Positions 23,436-35,194 are shown, numbered from the whole stretch's first letter. The stretch is DNA of 61,310 bases, filler included, from Asterionella formosa (GCA_002256025.1; 13 parts of 13 records of this genome joined end to end with filler, not necessarily neighbours in it), one strand, 5' to 3'. Program-made: numbers and translations. The notes: generated by a model not told the origin, from the sequence alone.

Positions 23436-23555
23436 ATGAAGCTTTCTGTTATCGCCACCCTCCTTCTCTCTGCTCTCTTCTCTGCCGTTTCTGTTGAAGG
23501 TTACGGCAACTTCTTTACCATCTTGAATCCTGGCCAACTCACTACGACTTGCACA
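23436..23555 (+). CDS. 5' fragment of a secreted protein
   Basis: ACCATG context; signal peptide MKLSVIATLLLSALFSAVSVEG; cut by the linker. Confidence 0.6.
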
Positions 23556-23897
23556 NNNNNNNNNNNNNNNNNNNNNNNNNNNNNNNNNNNNNNNNNNNNT
23601 TAATTAATTAANNNNNNNNNNNNNNNNNNNNNNNNNNNNNNNNNNNNNNNNNNNNCCCCCACCCCCCCCCCCCCCCCCCCCCAGCGCTTTGACTTTCACA
23701 GCCTCTCTACAGAGCTGCGACAGAAAATAATAGGGAAAAACATGGTACCACCATAACCGTAGGTGCTACTTAAAGGTGCTGATAAAAGATGTAGACGTAC
23801 TACCTGGTACCGGTAGTAACTCGTCAGCCTGGCTAATTATCGCGCCAGTTAAATTCATATAAGCAATATTATGATAACTACCGGGTAGGTATGCCAG

Positions 23898-24240
23898 AAC
23901 ATATGGTGTTCTGTTGCTCGCTTACCGGTATTATTCCGACTATTGGTTTTTAGTTTTACGATCATACAATCCTAGAACTATGATGATTTATTGTCCCACG
24001 GTAGTAGCAACAGTCCTGAATATATGGTATTCCATTGGTTTTTAGTTTTACGATCATACGATCCTATAATTATGATGATTTACTGTCCCACTGCAGTAGC
24101 AACAGTCATAAACATATGGTGTTCTTTTGGTTTTTAGTTTTACGATCATACAATCCTAAAACTATGATGATTTACTGTCCCACTGCAGTAGCAACAGTCC
24201 TTAACATATGGTGTTCTGTTGCTAGTTTACCGGTACTACT
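23898..24240. repeat. ~92-bp tandem repeat, about three copies
   Basis: Unit TTGGTTTTTAGTTTTACGATCATAC...ATGATGATTTA...GTAGCAACAGTC...ATATGGT starting near 23943, 24035 and 24127; flanking AACATATGGTGTTCTGTTGCT repeated. Confidence 0.85.
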
Positions 24241-25334
24241 CCGACTACCCCCAGTATATCACTTACTACCTGCTACTGGTACCCTGTATATATAAATGAT
24301 ACATTGTTATTGTCATATGATGTACCGGTACACATGAAGAGCTCCCGCCCAAAAAAGGGGCTTAAACAATTTGCTACCAAAACCCTTGCGGCATTTGAAC
24401 GGTCTAAATAATTAGTTTCAACGGACGTAGAAAATACCGATGCAAACAAATTTCAGAGATAATACCGGTACACGTAGTCGTGGAAAACAATGGACATATG
24501 GTGCATTGAGTATTTTCGAATTATATATATGCGAGTATGGCCATCTCAACCATATCAGATGTTCCATATTGATAGCGCCTTTGAATTTTATATATGTCCA
24601 ATGCTATACATATATATATATTTACAAATTTTATTACTATATTCATGGCCAATATATATTTTTCAAATCGTTCTGTCATGTTAACAAACATTGCCTGCTG
24701 CTTCATGAAAAGATACGTCGTAGTAAAGCACATGACAAGAAAAGAAATTTTTTGCAATACATAACGAAAAACATTGTGACTTCGACACATTGCGCCTTCG
24801 AAGGATGGAGAATGTTTAAGGTAATGAAGTTATCAATGTGGTACTTGGATGACAATCGTTGGGAGACAGGCAGCACAACAACAAATTGTTAACTAAATGC
24901 AGCCACATTTCCTTTTTTCTCAGTTGATTCAACAGCTCGTTTCGCTTGTTGGGGAGCACCAATGTTAAACTAAACCAAATTGCGTAAGTGCTCTTGTCAC
25001 TCGTTGGACCTATTCACTTCTGTTGGAACAAAGCTGACAAAACGTTTACCTTCTCTCAAAGTTAAGATGACAAAAATGAACCGGTAAGTTTTATTCGACA
25101 ACATTGGATACCCGAAACTTACTTATTCAAGAATTTGGCTTACTGACAAGTTACTATAACAGACTTATGCATCAGTTGCATTGATTTGTGGTAAGTGAAG
25201 CAAGAGGATACGATGGAATTGCGTGTCGTTGTTTCAATGTAACATGACTACTAGCTAACAAATCATTCCTTCTCATTGTTTCTGTAACTGCATAGGACCA
25301 TAAAACCAATCAAAACAACGGAAAAGTCGGCGAA

Positions 25335-25790
25335 AAATGCTAGTATGGCTTGTCAGCTCACGCATTGTTGTTGACAACAGGCAGGGACAATGAGGTCCGG
25401 AATGGAAGTTGTTCTGGTAAGATTACTGCGCTATTTTGACGGCTATATGCGCAACGCTACTGATAACTCACACTGATCTTCCTCTACATTCAATTGACAT
25501 TGCAGCAAACCCTTTCAATTCAGGAGCATTCGGATGAAATCCAAAAGAACTCTGCAATACAGTTGAATGGTGAGTGTGTTCTTGTTGTGTACCTAAATGC
25601 TAGTATGGCTTGTCAGCTCACGCATTGTTGTTGACAACAGGCAGGGACAATGAGGTTCGGAATGAACGTTGTTCTAGTAAGATTACTGCGCTATTTTGAC
25701 GGCTATATGAGCAACGCTACTGGTAACTCACACTGATCTTCCTCTACATTCAATTGACATTGCAGCAAACCCTTTCAGTGCAGGAGCATT
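25335..25790. repeat. ~196-bp direct duplication (25335-25530 / 25595-25790) within an intron-dense tract
   Basis: Near-identical copies offset by 260 bp. Confidence 0.9.
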
Positions 25791-25937
25791 TGCATGCCGT
25801 TCCGAATGAGCAGGCTTTATTTCATTAATGAAACTCTTTAATTTAGTTGAATGAACTCCAGAAAATTACGTAAACAAATGTGTTACATATTAAGTGAACT
25901 TTATTCTAGAATTATGTGAACGAAATTACAGAATTAC

Positions 25938-26032
25938 GTGAAGTATTTCAAATAATTATGTGAAGTATTTTCAAATAATTATGTGAAGTATTTCAAATAA
26001 TTATGTGAAGTATTTCAAATAATTATGTGAAG
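25938..26032. repeat. 22-bp minisatellite GTGAAGTATTTCAAATAATTAT x4
   Basis: Tandem copies read directly, with degenerate copies upstream. Confidence 0.9.
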
Positions 26033-26224
26033 GTGATCACATAATATAGTGATGATCAGGAATGCATGCATGATACTTTGATCAAATATTTAACGTGATG
26101 TATTCAAATAATATATAGATATATTCAACTACGTATTTTGATGTTTTCAACTAATTCATGTGATGCATTCAAAATTAACTAGGCTTATTTATGTGATGGT
26201 CACTTCACGTAATACGCGGCTTAG

Positions 26225-28282
26225 ATGTGTGGAACAAATGCACACCATCAAAATGGTGTAGCAGAACAGGCTATTAGAACAGTATCTGACATGGCACGCT
26301 CAATGATTCTCCATGCTTCCAGTCATTGAAAAGGAGGGATCGACAGCACACTTTAGCCTATAGCAGTTACTTACACTGTGCACCTTTACAATCATACACC
26401 AAATAATCATTCCTTTTGCCCAGCTGATCTCTACACTGGAAGCACAATTCCCAGACATTATCTGCGAGATCTTCACACTTGGGGATGTCCAATGATTTCT
26501 TGACCCAACTCTTCAATCTGGGAAGAAATTGCCTAGATATCAACCACGATCACGACGAGGTGTGTTCCTTGGATTGAGCTCCATTCACTCCAGTGAAGTC
26601 CCCTTGGTCCTTAATTTGCTAACTGGGAGTATTACCACTCAATATCTTGTGGTTTTTGACGACAGTTTCTCCACGGTGGCGTCAATTGGAAAAGATGAAG
26701 ACCCTCCTGAATACTGGGACGGTTTGTGTCTGGAAAATACAATCTACATACCGAACGATTCAAACACTGAAACACCAATGCATCTTCAAGACGACTGGCT
26801 CACTTCAGATGAACAAGCACAAAAACAGAGGGAGCTTCATCGACAACAGCGGATTCGTACCACATTTAACCCCACACACTTCATTACGGCAGCTTTACCA
26901 CCTGAAGGACCATCAACACCAGCAGAAGATATCGGCATTTTAGAGGGAGCATCTGCTCCAATACCTCCTCCTAAAGCACCTATTCCACTCAGCACTGATA
27001 GTGCACACACAAAACACATACCAGATTCTATTGCAAGTTCACCTCACTCTTCACCACCAGTGCCAGCAGTTCGACGGTCAGAATAATTGTACAAAATATA
27101 TTGACGAAGTATAGTTGACCATGCTGGATCAAACCAAGCATGACAATTTCTACAAGAAACAACTGGCATATTCAGCAGAATTACTTACCTGTTTTGACAG
27201 TTGTTCACAACATTACTGACCCTCGAGTGTATGCATCCAAAACACGCCGCAAAGATGACCCTGATTCTCCAACGTTTCATCAGGCTATCCATGGCGAAAA
27301 TTCAGAAGAGTACATTAAAGCCATGCAAATAGAGATTGCAACTCTCATTCTTCAACGTACCTGGGAATCTGTGCCAAGAACTGCAAACCTCAATGTATTA
27401 AAAGGAACATGGGTATTCAAACTGAAACGGCTCCCAGGTGGCACACCTTAGCTATCGCTTCTAAGCACGCGTTTGTGCACAAGGAGATCTCCAAAAGGAG
27501 GGCATTGACTTCTTCGAGACCTATGCACCTGTTTTACTTTTGTCTACCATTCGCTTGCTATTGTTAACTGTTCTCACTGAGGGCTGGTCAACCCGTCAAG
27601 TCAACTACACCAACGCATTTGCTCAAGCCAATCTCAAAGAATAAGTATATCTGGAATACCCTCGCATTTTGGACCCAAGTCCGGCACCAATAAAGTGTTG
27701 CGACTGCTAAAAAATCTATATGGACTTCGTCAAGCTCCTTGCACCTTCTTTGAGAAACTTCGGGAGGGACTTTTGGAACATGGGTACACTCAATCTCAAA
27801 TTGATCCATGCTTGTTCATGAAACAAGGAATTATTTGTGTCTGCTATATCGATGACACCATATTTGCTGGAGCGGACTCACTTGTTCTTGAAGCAAAAAT
27901 CCAAAGCCTTGGCGTCCATGAAAAGGAACAGCGTCACACTTTTGCACTTAGAAATGAAGGAGAAGTTGGTGCCTTTCTTGGAATTCAAATATAAAAAACT
28001 TGACTGCAGGAATATAATCTCACTCAAACCGGACTAATTGACACAAAGTCCTTGCAGCAACTGGCATGTCTGATTGTAATGGAGTGGATACACCATTGAC
28101 TAATACTCCCTCAGAAAATGATTTCGATGGAGATCCGTTCACTGAAACCTGGCAATACAATTCAATCATTGGCATGCTGATGTACCTGACTGCAAATACC
28201 CGCCCAGATATTGCTTATGCCATTCATCAAGCCGCTAGATTATCCCATGCCCCACGTCATTCTCACGCTATTGCCGTTCGCC
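26225..28282 (+). mobile_element. Degenerate Ty1/copia pol (integrase end, reverse transcriptase)
   Basis: HHQNGVAEQAIRTV, HTWGCP, PRSRRGVFLG, DSPTFHQAI, GTWVFKLKR, KNLYGLRQAP, SQIDPCLF, CYIDD, SIIGMLMYLTANTRPDIAYA; many stops and frameshifts. Confidence 0.9.
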
Positions 28283-29880
28283 NNNNNNNNNNNNNNNNNN
28301 NNNNNNNNNNNNNNNNNNNNNNNNNNTTAATTAATTAANNNNNNNNNNNNNNNNNNNNNNNNNNNNNNNNNNNNNNNNNNNNAAAAAATAACAGGCTAAA
28401 ACCTAGCAGCAGCATAACGGGTAAAACGACCGAGCACAACGCATTTTTGAGCCGTCCTGCTCCTTCTACTCTGGACTGATGATGCGCTAGTGCCAGTGCC
28501 CGTGCCCGTGCCCGTTCAAACTCGTTCGTCGTCATTGACACTGGTGAAGTTGTCGCTTGCGTCGCAGCTCCCGTTTTGGTGTTTCATGAAAATGCAATTC
28601 AAACAGTTGTTTTGAGGCGGGCCGAACTAAGTAACTTGATCAAGCTCTTTTCGCGCCAAACGAGATCAAAGGATGATTGCGTGATCTCAATCACAGGCAG
28701 AGGCAAGCAAGCAAGTTAGTATGCATGTGATATAAGCGATTGATGGATTGAAGTCAATCTGCCTTCTCTAGAATCGAACCTGCCTTTTGTTGTGTATGGG
28801 AATAACAAAACTTGAGGTGGTAATATGTCACAATGTGTGAACATGAATCGGGTTTTTTTAGGAAATGTATACACATCATCAAATCCTTTTGTAAAGCAAG
28901 TCATTATGTGCTGGTAGACTACCACGATAGTACATGGAGCACAATTGGGAAAACATGGCACAAATTCCGGTATACCGGTACTCGACTAAGATATACCGGT
29001 AGCTATATGAATGAAGGTATGGTACCAGGTGGCAGTAAAGAATAGATGTGATCCACTAAAAAAAATTTGGAACTGCTGTTACCCACTGAACAGGCGAAAA
29101 ACACATTTTAATTTAAAAAAATTTGACCCAAATCCTGAGCATGTGTGGAGGACGCTTTAAAGCTACACTGTAACATTTTAGATGTAAATTTATAGCAATT
29201 GGTTTGTCATGTAATATACGGGTAGAAGAGCAATCGACGAAAATACTGACAGAACACGGATTACCCATGTTTTGAGAATTCATTCATGATTGCAATACCG
29301 GTATGAGGAAACAAAAATATCGCACTCGATTTATTTAGTTCATCATTTATGTCATTTCCCTGTATATCGCTGTCAATTATTAATTATTGCATAAGTAAGT
29401 TGAGTAGTCTTAAATGGTACCAGGTATAAGGTGCAGATTTGCATAAGTTATCTATGTATACCGGTTCAATGTTACAGTAGATATTGACATCATCAACTTG
29501 CAGGTAAATGCTTGGCCATCCCGGTTTTTTGTTGTTGATCACCGGTATATTACAGGGCACAGGGTATATGAATATGCCGTACCTGGTACATGGTACTCGG
29601 TAGTACCAGGTACCAGCAAGTTGGGGTAATTTTGCTGATCTAAGGATTTACCGGTAGCTGCTTTAATCCCATATCGAATTTTTTATTTAAGCAAAATGAC
29701 CGCATCTCGTTGTTGTACCTTCAGCCAGCGGTCATTTTCCTGAAACGGACAACATGTTACCGGACATCGACATAATTTATAACGTAAAAAGAACATCTTC
29801 TATTCATAGCACGATTCAGCGAAATAAATGGCGGAATTCTTCTAATTGCAAAAACGAGAACACCCAGCATAAGACTATGA

Positions 29881-30052
29881 CATTCAGGAAGCATTATGAC
29901 TTTCAGGAAATTCCTATAAAATTCAGGAAATGACTATGACTTTCAGGAAATGCCTATGACTTTCAGGAAAACTTAAGGAAACTTCAGGAAATGTCAGGAA
30001 ACGTAAGGAAATGCGTAAGGAAATTTCAGGAAATGCATGGAATTTCCTGAAG
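29881..30052. repeat. Minisatellite of TTTCAGGAAA-containing units, ~20-bp period
   Basis: (T)TTCAGGAA(A) at ~29883, 29901, 29922, 29941, 29961, 29983, 30024; inverted TTTCCTGAA at the end. Confidence 0.85.
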
Positions 30053-30431
30053 TCTCCAAAATCGAAGTGAAAAACCGCATATCCTTCGATCTGGATTTAA
30101 AGTACCGTACAAGATTCCCTGCCAGTAATAGTTAGGATCATTTTTGAAATACCGGTAGTGGTGTTGCTAACTATTATATATATATATACCTGGAAAAAAG
30201 AAGAACTATCATCCGAAGGAACTCACAAGCAGAACGATGACAGACCGTTGTTGTACCAATGATATAACGTGCAAGGGAAAGCCAGGTGGAAGCGTGATGT
30301 TTAGAGTCACAAAATAGAATTGTACTCGGAGAACCACGCACTGTATCAGGATTTCAAAAATTGCTGGTACCTGGTACATTTTACCTGCAAACCCTGCTAC
30401 ACTATGTACAATCATGGTACGTGGTACCTGG

Positions 30432-33004
30432 TGAAGTATCTAACTAGAAGTAGTAGCATTTGTTGAGTATATGAGCTTATTAATTAATCCTTCTGTACAA
30501 CTCATTTCCTGAACTGACATCAAAGTATAGAATGGGTGTTAGTCGAGTTCTCTTATTATTGAATTCCGATATATTTGATATAACCCTAACCCTATATACA
30601 TCTGTATCAATGTGCAGGATTGCTCACTCTCCCACACATGAGGGAAAATCTTTTACCTATGAAAAGGTTTGATACGACGAATATTAATTCGTTCTGTAAT
30701 GTGCATAGTGCGTTGAAAAGTAACTGTACCATTGGCATGTACTTGAATAATAGTATAAGGACCTCGTCCATGATCATCCAAAGTAGTAGGATTATCCAAT
30801 AATATTAAAATCTCGTCACCCACTTTGTAATCATAAGATCGACAACAGAAATTAGCACGACGTAAACGTTTGTCAATTATCACTTGTCAACATTGATATA
30901 TTAATTGTAAATCTGTAATCAAAGGAATATTTAATATCATATCACGTTGAAAAACCCATGCTCCTGGTGAAATACGTAATATACTATGAATAGTAGCTCG
31001 ACTGCATATGACGCAGCTGCAAAACATGTATCCACAATATTTGGGCTTGAAATTCATTGATTGGAGGATGAGCCTTTAACATAACTCGTAGACTATTGCT
31101 GATAGATTGATGTAAACGTTCACAGATAGCATTTGCTTGTGGATTCTTTACTGTAGTAGTCACATCTTTGATTCCATTCAATACTAACATGTGTAAGAAA
31201 GGAACACCAGTAAATTCACCTCCATTGTCATGTATACAACGTTCTGGACAGGGATATCTGGCTAACCAATCATTTTCAAATTTCATCGCAATATATTTTG
31301 ATGTTTTGTGGTGATACGTGAAATTTCTGCTAAATTGGTGACTGTGTCAATACAAGTTAGAGCACGAAATTCAATCGCTTGAGCAGCCACTGTTATCTTC
31401 CATGGACCAATTAGATCTGCAACTTCTGACCATGGTAATAACAATGCATTCCTGGGTGGAAGTTCACCAAAACCAGTACCAGGAAATTTTGTACGTTGAC
31501 ATGCTTCACATATGCTTACAATATGTTCCACTTTTGCTTTTAATGTAGGGTGATAAAAATGTGTAGCAATTGTGGCATTTAATCTTGTCATACCCACATG
31601 AGCTAACATCTGATGATACCAATTAATAATTGGATCCAATAATGATGTAGGAATAGCAATACGCCAAGTGTCTCCTGGATTCTTCACAAAACATATTAAA
31701 AATATATCATGAAAATTGATAGAAGGAAATTTTAATGGATGTGTTTGTTGATTGAGAATCAATTGTATATCCAGCAATTGTCTATCATGTATTAAATTAT
31801 AATCCAGAGGATATTGAATATTGTCTGTCAAGATGGGATGATTAAGGAAACATGTAAGCAGAGGTTCATCATCTAATTCAATTGAAAAAGTAGAAGTGGA
31901 AGTTGATGTTGGAGATTTCGGTCCAATATCAATATCATCCTCCACCAAAGACTCAAGCCTCGGGAGGCGAGAGATGGAATCTGCAATAGCATTGTCAGTC
32001 CCTTTCACATAATGAAAAGTAGGATGGTATTCTTCAATGTAAAGTCGCCATCGTAGAACACGTTGTGTATGTAATGTATTATAAATAAGATTTCGATGAT
32101 CAGTGTGAACATGTAGAACTGCGCCCAATAACATAGAGCGAAATTCTTTGAAAGTTTCTACCACAGAAAGTAATTCTTTTTCAATAGTAGTATAATTCTT
32201 TTGAGCAGCAGATAATTTGCGAGAATAATAAGCAACTGGGAGATCATTTTGCATAATGACCGACCCTAATTGATAATCAGAGGCATCAGTAAAGATATGA
32301 AAAGGAAGATTATGGTCAGGATAACGCATGAGTGTATCTGCAACTAACAATGCTTTCATTTCTTCAAAAGCTTGTTGATGGATAGGTAACCAGACAAAGG
32401 GACTAGTTCCAATTAAATCCGTAAGTGGTCCAAGAACATGCGATCGTCTAGGAAACATGTCTCGATAGTAAGTAACAGCACCGAGAAATGATCGAACTTG
32501 TTTAAGATTGGTAGGTGAAGACATATTAATCAATGCTCGGACTTTTTTAGACCAAGGTTTCAGTCCATTAGGAGTTAACCAATAGCCTAACCAATCTGTC
32601 TCTTGGACGGCCCATTCACACTTAGATGGATTAATTGTAAAACCATTTATCTGTAAACGATGTAAAATAGTGTCCAATAAATGAAGGTGATCTGAAAAAT
32701 TCATTGAAAAACAACCCACATCATCAATATAAATTTCCACATCATCTAAATCACTAAGGATCTGTTCCATAGTTTCTTGTGCAATGTCAGATGATTGTTT
32801 CACCCCCATAGGCAGGCGTAAATATTTATATAAACCAAATGGAGTTGAAATAACACACAAGTTTTGACTCTCCACATCCAATGCAAAAGTATAGTATTGC
32901 ATGGAAACATCCAATTTGGTGAAAAATACATATCCAGCACGTTTAGTGAGAATAGTTTGTATTCGAGGCAAAGGATATATATTGCGATTGATGACTTTAT
33001 TAAG
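30432..33004 (-). mobile_element. Ty3/gypsy retrotransposon 3' part (RT, RNase H, integrase, PPT, 3' LTR 30432-30626), frameshifted
   Basis: FTKLDVSMQYY, YLRLPMG, YIDD, FTDASDYQLG, YTTIEKELL, TDHRNL, HVG..CEAC, IHDNGGEF, NPQANAICER; RT-RH-INT order; LTR matches 53036-53230. Confidence 0.95.
31283..32971 (-). CDS. Gypsy pol fragment (RT-RNase H-integrase Zn finger); continues out of frame in 30984-31286 and 30653-30883
   Basis: ORF track motifs as above. Confidence 0.85.
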   Translation of the reverse strand: MPRIQTILTKRAGYVFFTKLDVSMQYYTFALDVESQNLCVISTPFGLYKYLRLPMGVKQSSDIAQETMEQILSDLDDVEIYIDDVGCFSMNFSDHLHLLDTILHRLQINGFTINPSKCEWAVQETDWLGYWLTPNGLKPWSKKVRALINMSSPTNLKQVRSFLGAVTYYRDMFPRRSHVLGPLTDLIGTSPFVWLPIHQQAFEEMKALLVADTLMRYPDHNLPFHIFTDASDYQLGSVIMQNDLPVAYYSRKLSAAQKNYTTIEKELLSVVETFKEFRSMLLGAVLHVHTDHRNLIYNTLHTQRVLRWRLYIEEYHPTFHYVKGTDNAIADSISRLPRLESLVEDDIDIGPKSPTSTSTSTFSIELDDEPLLTCFLNHPILTDNIQYPLDYNLIHDRQLLDIQLILNQQTHPLKFPSINFHDIFLICFVKNPGDTWRIAIPTSLLDPIINWYHQMLAHVGMTRLNATIATHFYHPTLKAKVEHIVSICEACQRTKFPGTGFGELPPRNALLLPWSEVADLIGPWKITVAAQAIEFRALTCIDTVTNLAEISRITTKHQNILR

Positions 33005-33329
33005 NNNNNNNNNNNNNNNNNNNNNNNNNNNNNNNNNNNNNNNNNNNNTTAATTAATTAANNNNNNNNNNNNNNNNNNNNNNNNNNNNNNNNNNNNNNNN
33101 NNNNAAAACTCACTGAATCGAAATACCAGACCCTGAAGCTTGCTACTCTCCTCTTACTGGCTCGCAGTTCCACCAGTTGGTCTCGCAACCTTCAAGTTCT
33201 TGTTCCCATTAGGGGAGTTGCGGCCTCGTGTCCCAATACTATACTGTCCATCTTGGATCTCATGCTAAAGCATTGCCTTGTATAGGACGGAATTCACCTT
33301 TCTCGGCGATTGTGCTTCCCCTACCACCC

Positions 33330-33660
33330 CGGCACTTGCTGCAGGCAACTCCTGCTTTGCATTCACTCCGGATCACCCAACCAAGCTGGGTGCTCTCTGC
33401 TCTCAGAAACATCTTTTTTATTGGGGAGCTTTTCACTGTGTCTGTATTCCTAAACTTTGGAATTAAGGATTTAGTTGGTGCTGATGGTGTTGCATTTGTC
33501 CTACAGAACAAAGGAGCACATATGTCATGGGCATTCAAGGAGGAGGGTTGGGATTCAGTGGCCTCTTTCCCAGTGTTGGCGTGGAGTTTGATACAAATAA
33601 AAACACTCTCATGATCTCAGTTATGATCACATTGCAGTGGTTCGTGATGGAAAGTCAATC
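33330..33660 (+). pseudogene. L-type (legume-like) lectin domain, N-terminal half, frameshifted
   Basis: GADGVAFVLQN, then PSVGVEFDTNKN and DLSYDHIAVVRDG in shifted frames. Confidence 0.65.
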
Positions 33661-33679
33661 GGTTTCGAAGGAAATGCAG

Positions 33680-34297
33680 GAGCGTTCATCATAGTGGGGC
33701 CTCTTGTTGGAACTGATGCGGCTGGAATTGGACTTGGAATTCAGTAGGATTCACAGTGGGTGCCAAAAGTTTAGAAATGACGAGGGGCTAATAGAAGGAC
33801 TCACAATTGGAACCGATGACGGAAAAGAGGAAAGATTTAAAGAAGGATTTGCGTGCCAAAGGCTTTTGCAAGGCGGGATGATGAGTTGGAATAGCAGATG
33901 GCAATGGAGAGGGATTTAAACTGGGATTTGTAGTGGTTGCAGAAGTGGGCACAAGAGAACGATACATAAGTGGAGATGAGGAAGGCCAAGAAGGCCGTTT
34001 GGGTTGTATTACATTTTCAAAGGTATTTGCTTGAATGGAAAATGGGAATGGGCTCACTAGGAGCTTGTGTCTGAAGAACTGTACCAGAAATACCTGCCAT
34101 GCAAACCTGTTTGATCCTGTGGAAGATGTGAACCCAATTATGTGTAGTTGGAACACAAAATGGCTATAGCATTGCCCTCCAAGTACACATTCAGTGTCTT
34201 GGTGCCACTCACCCACTCAATTGTGACAGCATGGAATGCAGCATCCTCAAGTTGCTGTTCACCTGGAAAAGGACGAGGTCCCTTGATAATTCCGTTT
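33680..34297 (-). pseudogene. L-type lectin domain C-terminal half plus Pro/Ser/Thr-rich stalk, on the opposite strand to the N-terminal half
   Basis: QLEDAAFHAVTIEWVSGTKTLNVYLEG, IGFTSSTG, then PSxxPS-like repeats. Confidence 0.6.
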
Positions 34298-34676
34298 CAA
34301 AATAGGTGTGGTTCAGAAACAGGTACCAGTTATCTCCTCTACAATTTCATTAGAAGTAGCACAGGTATATATTGCAACACGGTAATGGGTCGCTCCATGC
34401 AATTATAACACTTCAAAATGAGCCATCAGATACAAATGCTACAAACTGTATGCAATAACTAAGTTTCTACTCTGTATCTATCAAATGGCGAGGTGACCTT
34501 GCGATGACATGACTCTTTCAATCCTTGAAGAAATAAGCCAAGCCTTGCTGTATTTATTGTTAAGTTTCATTGATTTTCAATTCCGATGTTCGTTGCAACC
34601 TGAATATAGGTACATGTACACCGGTCGACAACGATTTCCCCGTCGTCACCAGATTGTGTCGATCCCACATTGGCTA

Positions 34677-34955
34677 CTAGCCTTTGTCTTTGTCGGTGTT
34701 TGATGCGTCTCCAGTGCTATCGTCCATGCTAACTTCCTTTTCTTTGATTTCTTGTTTACACTCTGTCGCTTGCAATGTTTGTACTTCTCGTCCTACTGAT
34801 GGCAACGAAGTGATTTGATATTCCTCTCCAACGCGTGGTTGTCGCCGAGCATTAGGTGCTGCTAACCACTGACGTTCCCTTCGAACTCGACGACTGTCAA
34901 TGGCTATTTCCTCTTCTCGTTGTCTCTTATCGTCCATGCTTCTCTGTTGCGTCAT
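34677..34955 (-). CDS. Small protein with an ELM2-like motif
   Basis: 92-aa ORF with ATG; PRVGEEYQITSLP resembles the ELM2 N-terminal RVGxxYQAxIP motif. Confidence 0.55.
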   Translation of the reverse strand: MTQQRSMDDKRQREEEIAIDSRRVRRERQWLAAPNARRQPRVGEEYQITSLPSVGREVQTLQATECKQEIKEKEVSMDDSTGDASNTDKDKG

Positions 34956-35194
34956 GATGATGAGAGTGCTGTGTTGCTTGACGATCGAATGAAATTGAAT
35001 TGGACTACGACCGGTACGGATAAAACTGTGTTTCTACAATTTCTTTATGTAGGAGTATCGTGTACCGGTACGGTAGTACTGGTACCAGGTACCGGTACCG
35101 GTAGTACTGGTACCGGTAGTCTACTTCCTATGCCGGGCACTGAAATAAGAAAAGAGCAGCAAATTTTGCCATCAGGCGAAAAAAAGAATCAAGT

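Noticed and set aside
23656..23682. Poly-C tract / G-quadruplex
   Set aside because: At a contig edge where homopolymers are unreliable
23898..24240. CRISPR-like array
   Set aside because: Whole units repeat with no unique spacers; eukaryotic context with no cas genes
28383..28541. Possible gene 5' end with upstream E2F-like TTTCGCGCCAAA at ~28648
   Set aside because: Short, truncated, no recognisable protein motif
30581..30593. Telomere-like TAACCC repeats (also ~375 and ~53583)
   Set aside because: Only one or two units, internal; the 30581 case is inside an LTR and differs in the sister copy
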